Below the pieces are notes generated by a model, which did not search any database, was not told the origin of the DNA, and saw only the letters and a list, made by a program, of their open reading frames with translations. Below, piece by piece: positions 63,204 through 64,000 of a stretch of 64,000 bases of DNA; positions within the stretch are counted from its first letter, which is position 1, and each line of letters starts with the position of its first letter. Source of the stretch: Savitreella phatthalungensis (Eukaryota); NCBI GenBank assembly GCA_051599415.1, contig AP039705.1, positions 62,001-126,000 on the forward strand, in the 5' to 3' direction. Both the position numbers and the translations under genes were made by a program.

Positions 63204-64000
63204 TCAGACGGATGGCGACGGAAGCGGCATACTGACGCGGGACGTCTCCGCCGAAATTGAGATAGAGTCTGCAAAGTCGCGCATGCGGCTGCCTTTGCGA
63301 CTGTTGTTGCTGCCGCTCCTGCTACTGCCACTCCGGCTGCTGTAGCTGTTGTCGCTACTCTTACCACTGCCGCTGCGACTACTAAAACCGCCAGTCACGC
63401 TGGAATCCGATCCTGAACCAGCCTCATCCGCACTCACCCTGCTCACCACAACGCCTTGTAGTTTGAGGTTGCTTGTGTCAGCAGGGACTCCTTTGATCTG
63501 ATTGAATGCGCCTGTGACTACTAACAGTCTTTTCAGCATACTTGCACCGATATCGCGATGCTTTGAAAGCCATGCAGCTGCGACGCCAGCCGCGAAAGCC
63601 GACGCATATGAGGTCCCGGTGTCGTGAGATAAAGTCAACTTGTCACCCGTTGAGGGAGCATAGACGCCGAGGATGTCTACCGCCGGCGCAAGGACGTCGA
63701 CACACGCTCCATGTCCAGACCAACCCCAAAATCGATCGAGAGCATCATGGCCACCGACTGTGAAAATCTCACTCGAGCGCGCAATCTGACGTTTGCATGC
63801 ATCGTGTCCGGAATTTCCTGCCGGAACAACGGTCATCAAGTTGGCTGTCATTGCGAGGTTCTCAAACGCTGCTGTCAGGAATGCATCACCGCGCTTGACC
63901 CTGCGAGCGAATGAGACAACACCGCGACGATTCGTTGTCTCAGCACGCTTTTTGATCAAGTCCAGGGCGGATAGTAGATCTCTTGCGCGCTCAGAGCTCC
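63204..64000 (-). CDS. Subtilase (peptidase S8), C-terminal part; 5' end outside window
   Basis: VVPAGNSGHDAC, SGHGACVDVLAPAVDI, TGTSYASAFAAGVAA, IKGVPADTSN, Ser/Gly-rich tail. Confidence 0.85.
   Translation of the reverse strand, partial: SSERARDLLSALDLIKKRAETTNRRGVVSFARRVKRGDAFLTAAFENLAMTANLMTVVPAGNSGHDACKRQIARSSEIFTVGGHDALDRFWGWSGHGACVDVLAPAVDILGVYAPSTGDKLTLSHDTGTSYASAFAAGVAAAWLSKHRDIGASMLKRLLVVTGAFNQIKGVPADTSNLKLQGVVVSRVSADEAGSGSDSSVTGGFSSRSGSGKSSDNSYSSRSGSSRSGSNNSRKGSRMRDFADSISISAETSRVSMPLPSPSV

Noticed and set aside
986..63914. Numerous 60-280 aa ORFs overlapping real genes in other frames or antisense
   Set aside because: Expected by-product of high GC3 codon bias; none shows family motifs.
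1..64000. tRNA, rRNA or snRNA genes
   Set aside because: I found no convincing cloverleaf or conserved snRNA motif by eye; tRNAscan-SE and Infernal would be needed to exclude them.

Overview
Gene-dense, intron-poor fungal DNA. An early-diverging, yeast-like ascomycete (Taphrinomycotina-type) is my inference from Cul4, CAND1, Dsc1, an Atf-type bZIP, and short GT-AG introns with CTRAC branch points. About 23 protein-coding genes are supportable. The left end (1-8.9 kb) holds a candidate acylated-polysaccharide cluster: a secreted Gly-rich repeat protein, a degenerate acyltransferase-3 (AT3), a processive GT2 synthase, and a fusion of a GH16-like domain (catalytic residues lost) to an intact AT3. 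The middle is mostly housekeeping: SSUH2-like Zn-finger, Nnf1, Lag1/Lac1, Pol gamma, Pil1/Lsp1, a triple-WSC protein, CAND1, Sur1/Csg1, Mrx11, Vac8, Dsc1/Tul1, Nde1, PPIL2/Cyp8, an ATF bZIP, Rcm1/NSUN5 and Cul4. The right end has a putative transcription factor built on an IS630-Tc1-mariner-type DNA-binding domain with no DDE domain, behind a tandem CRE-like array, followed by three divergent subtilases. I recognised no tRNA, rRNA, CRISPR array or intact transposon. All family calls are by eye from motifs; no database searches were run.
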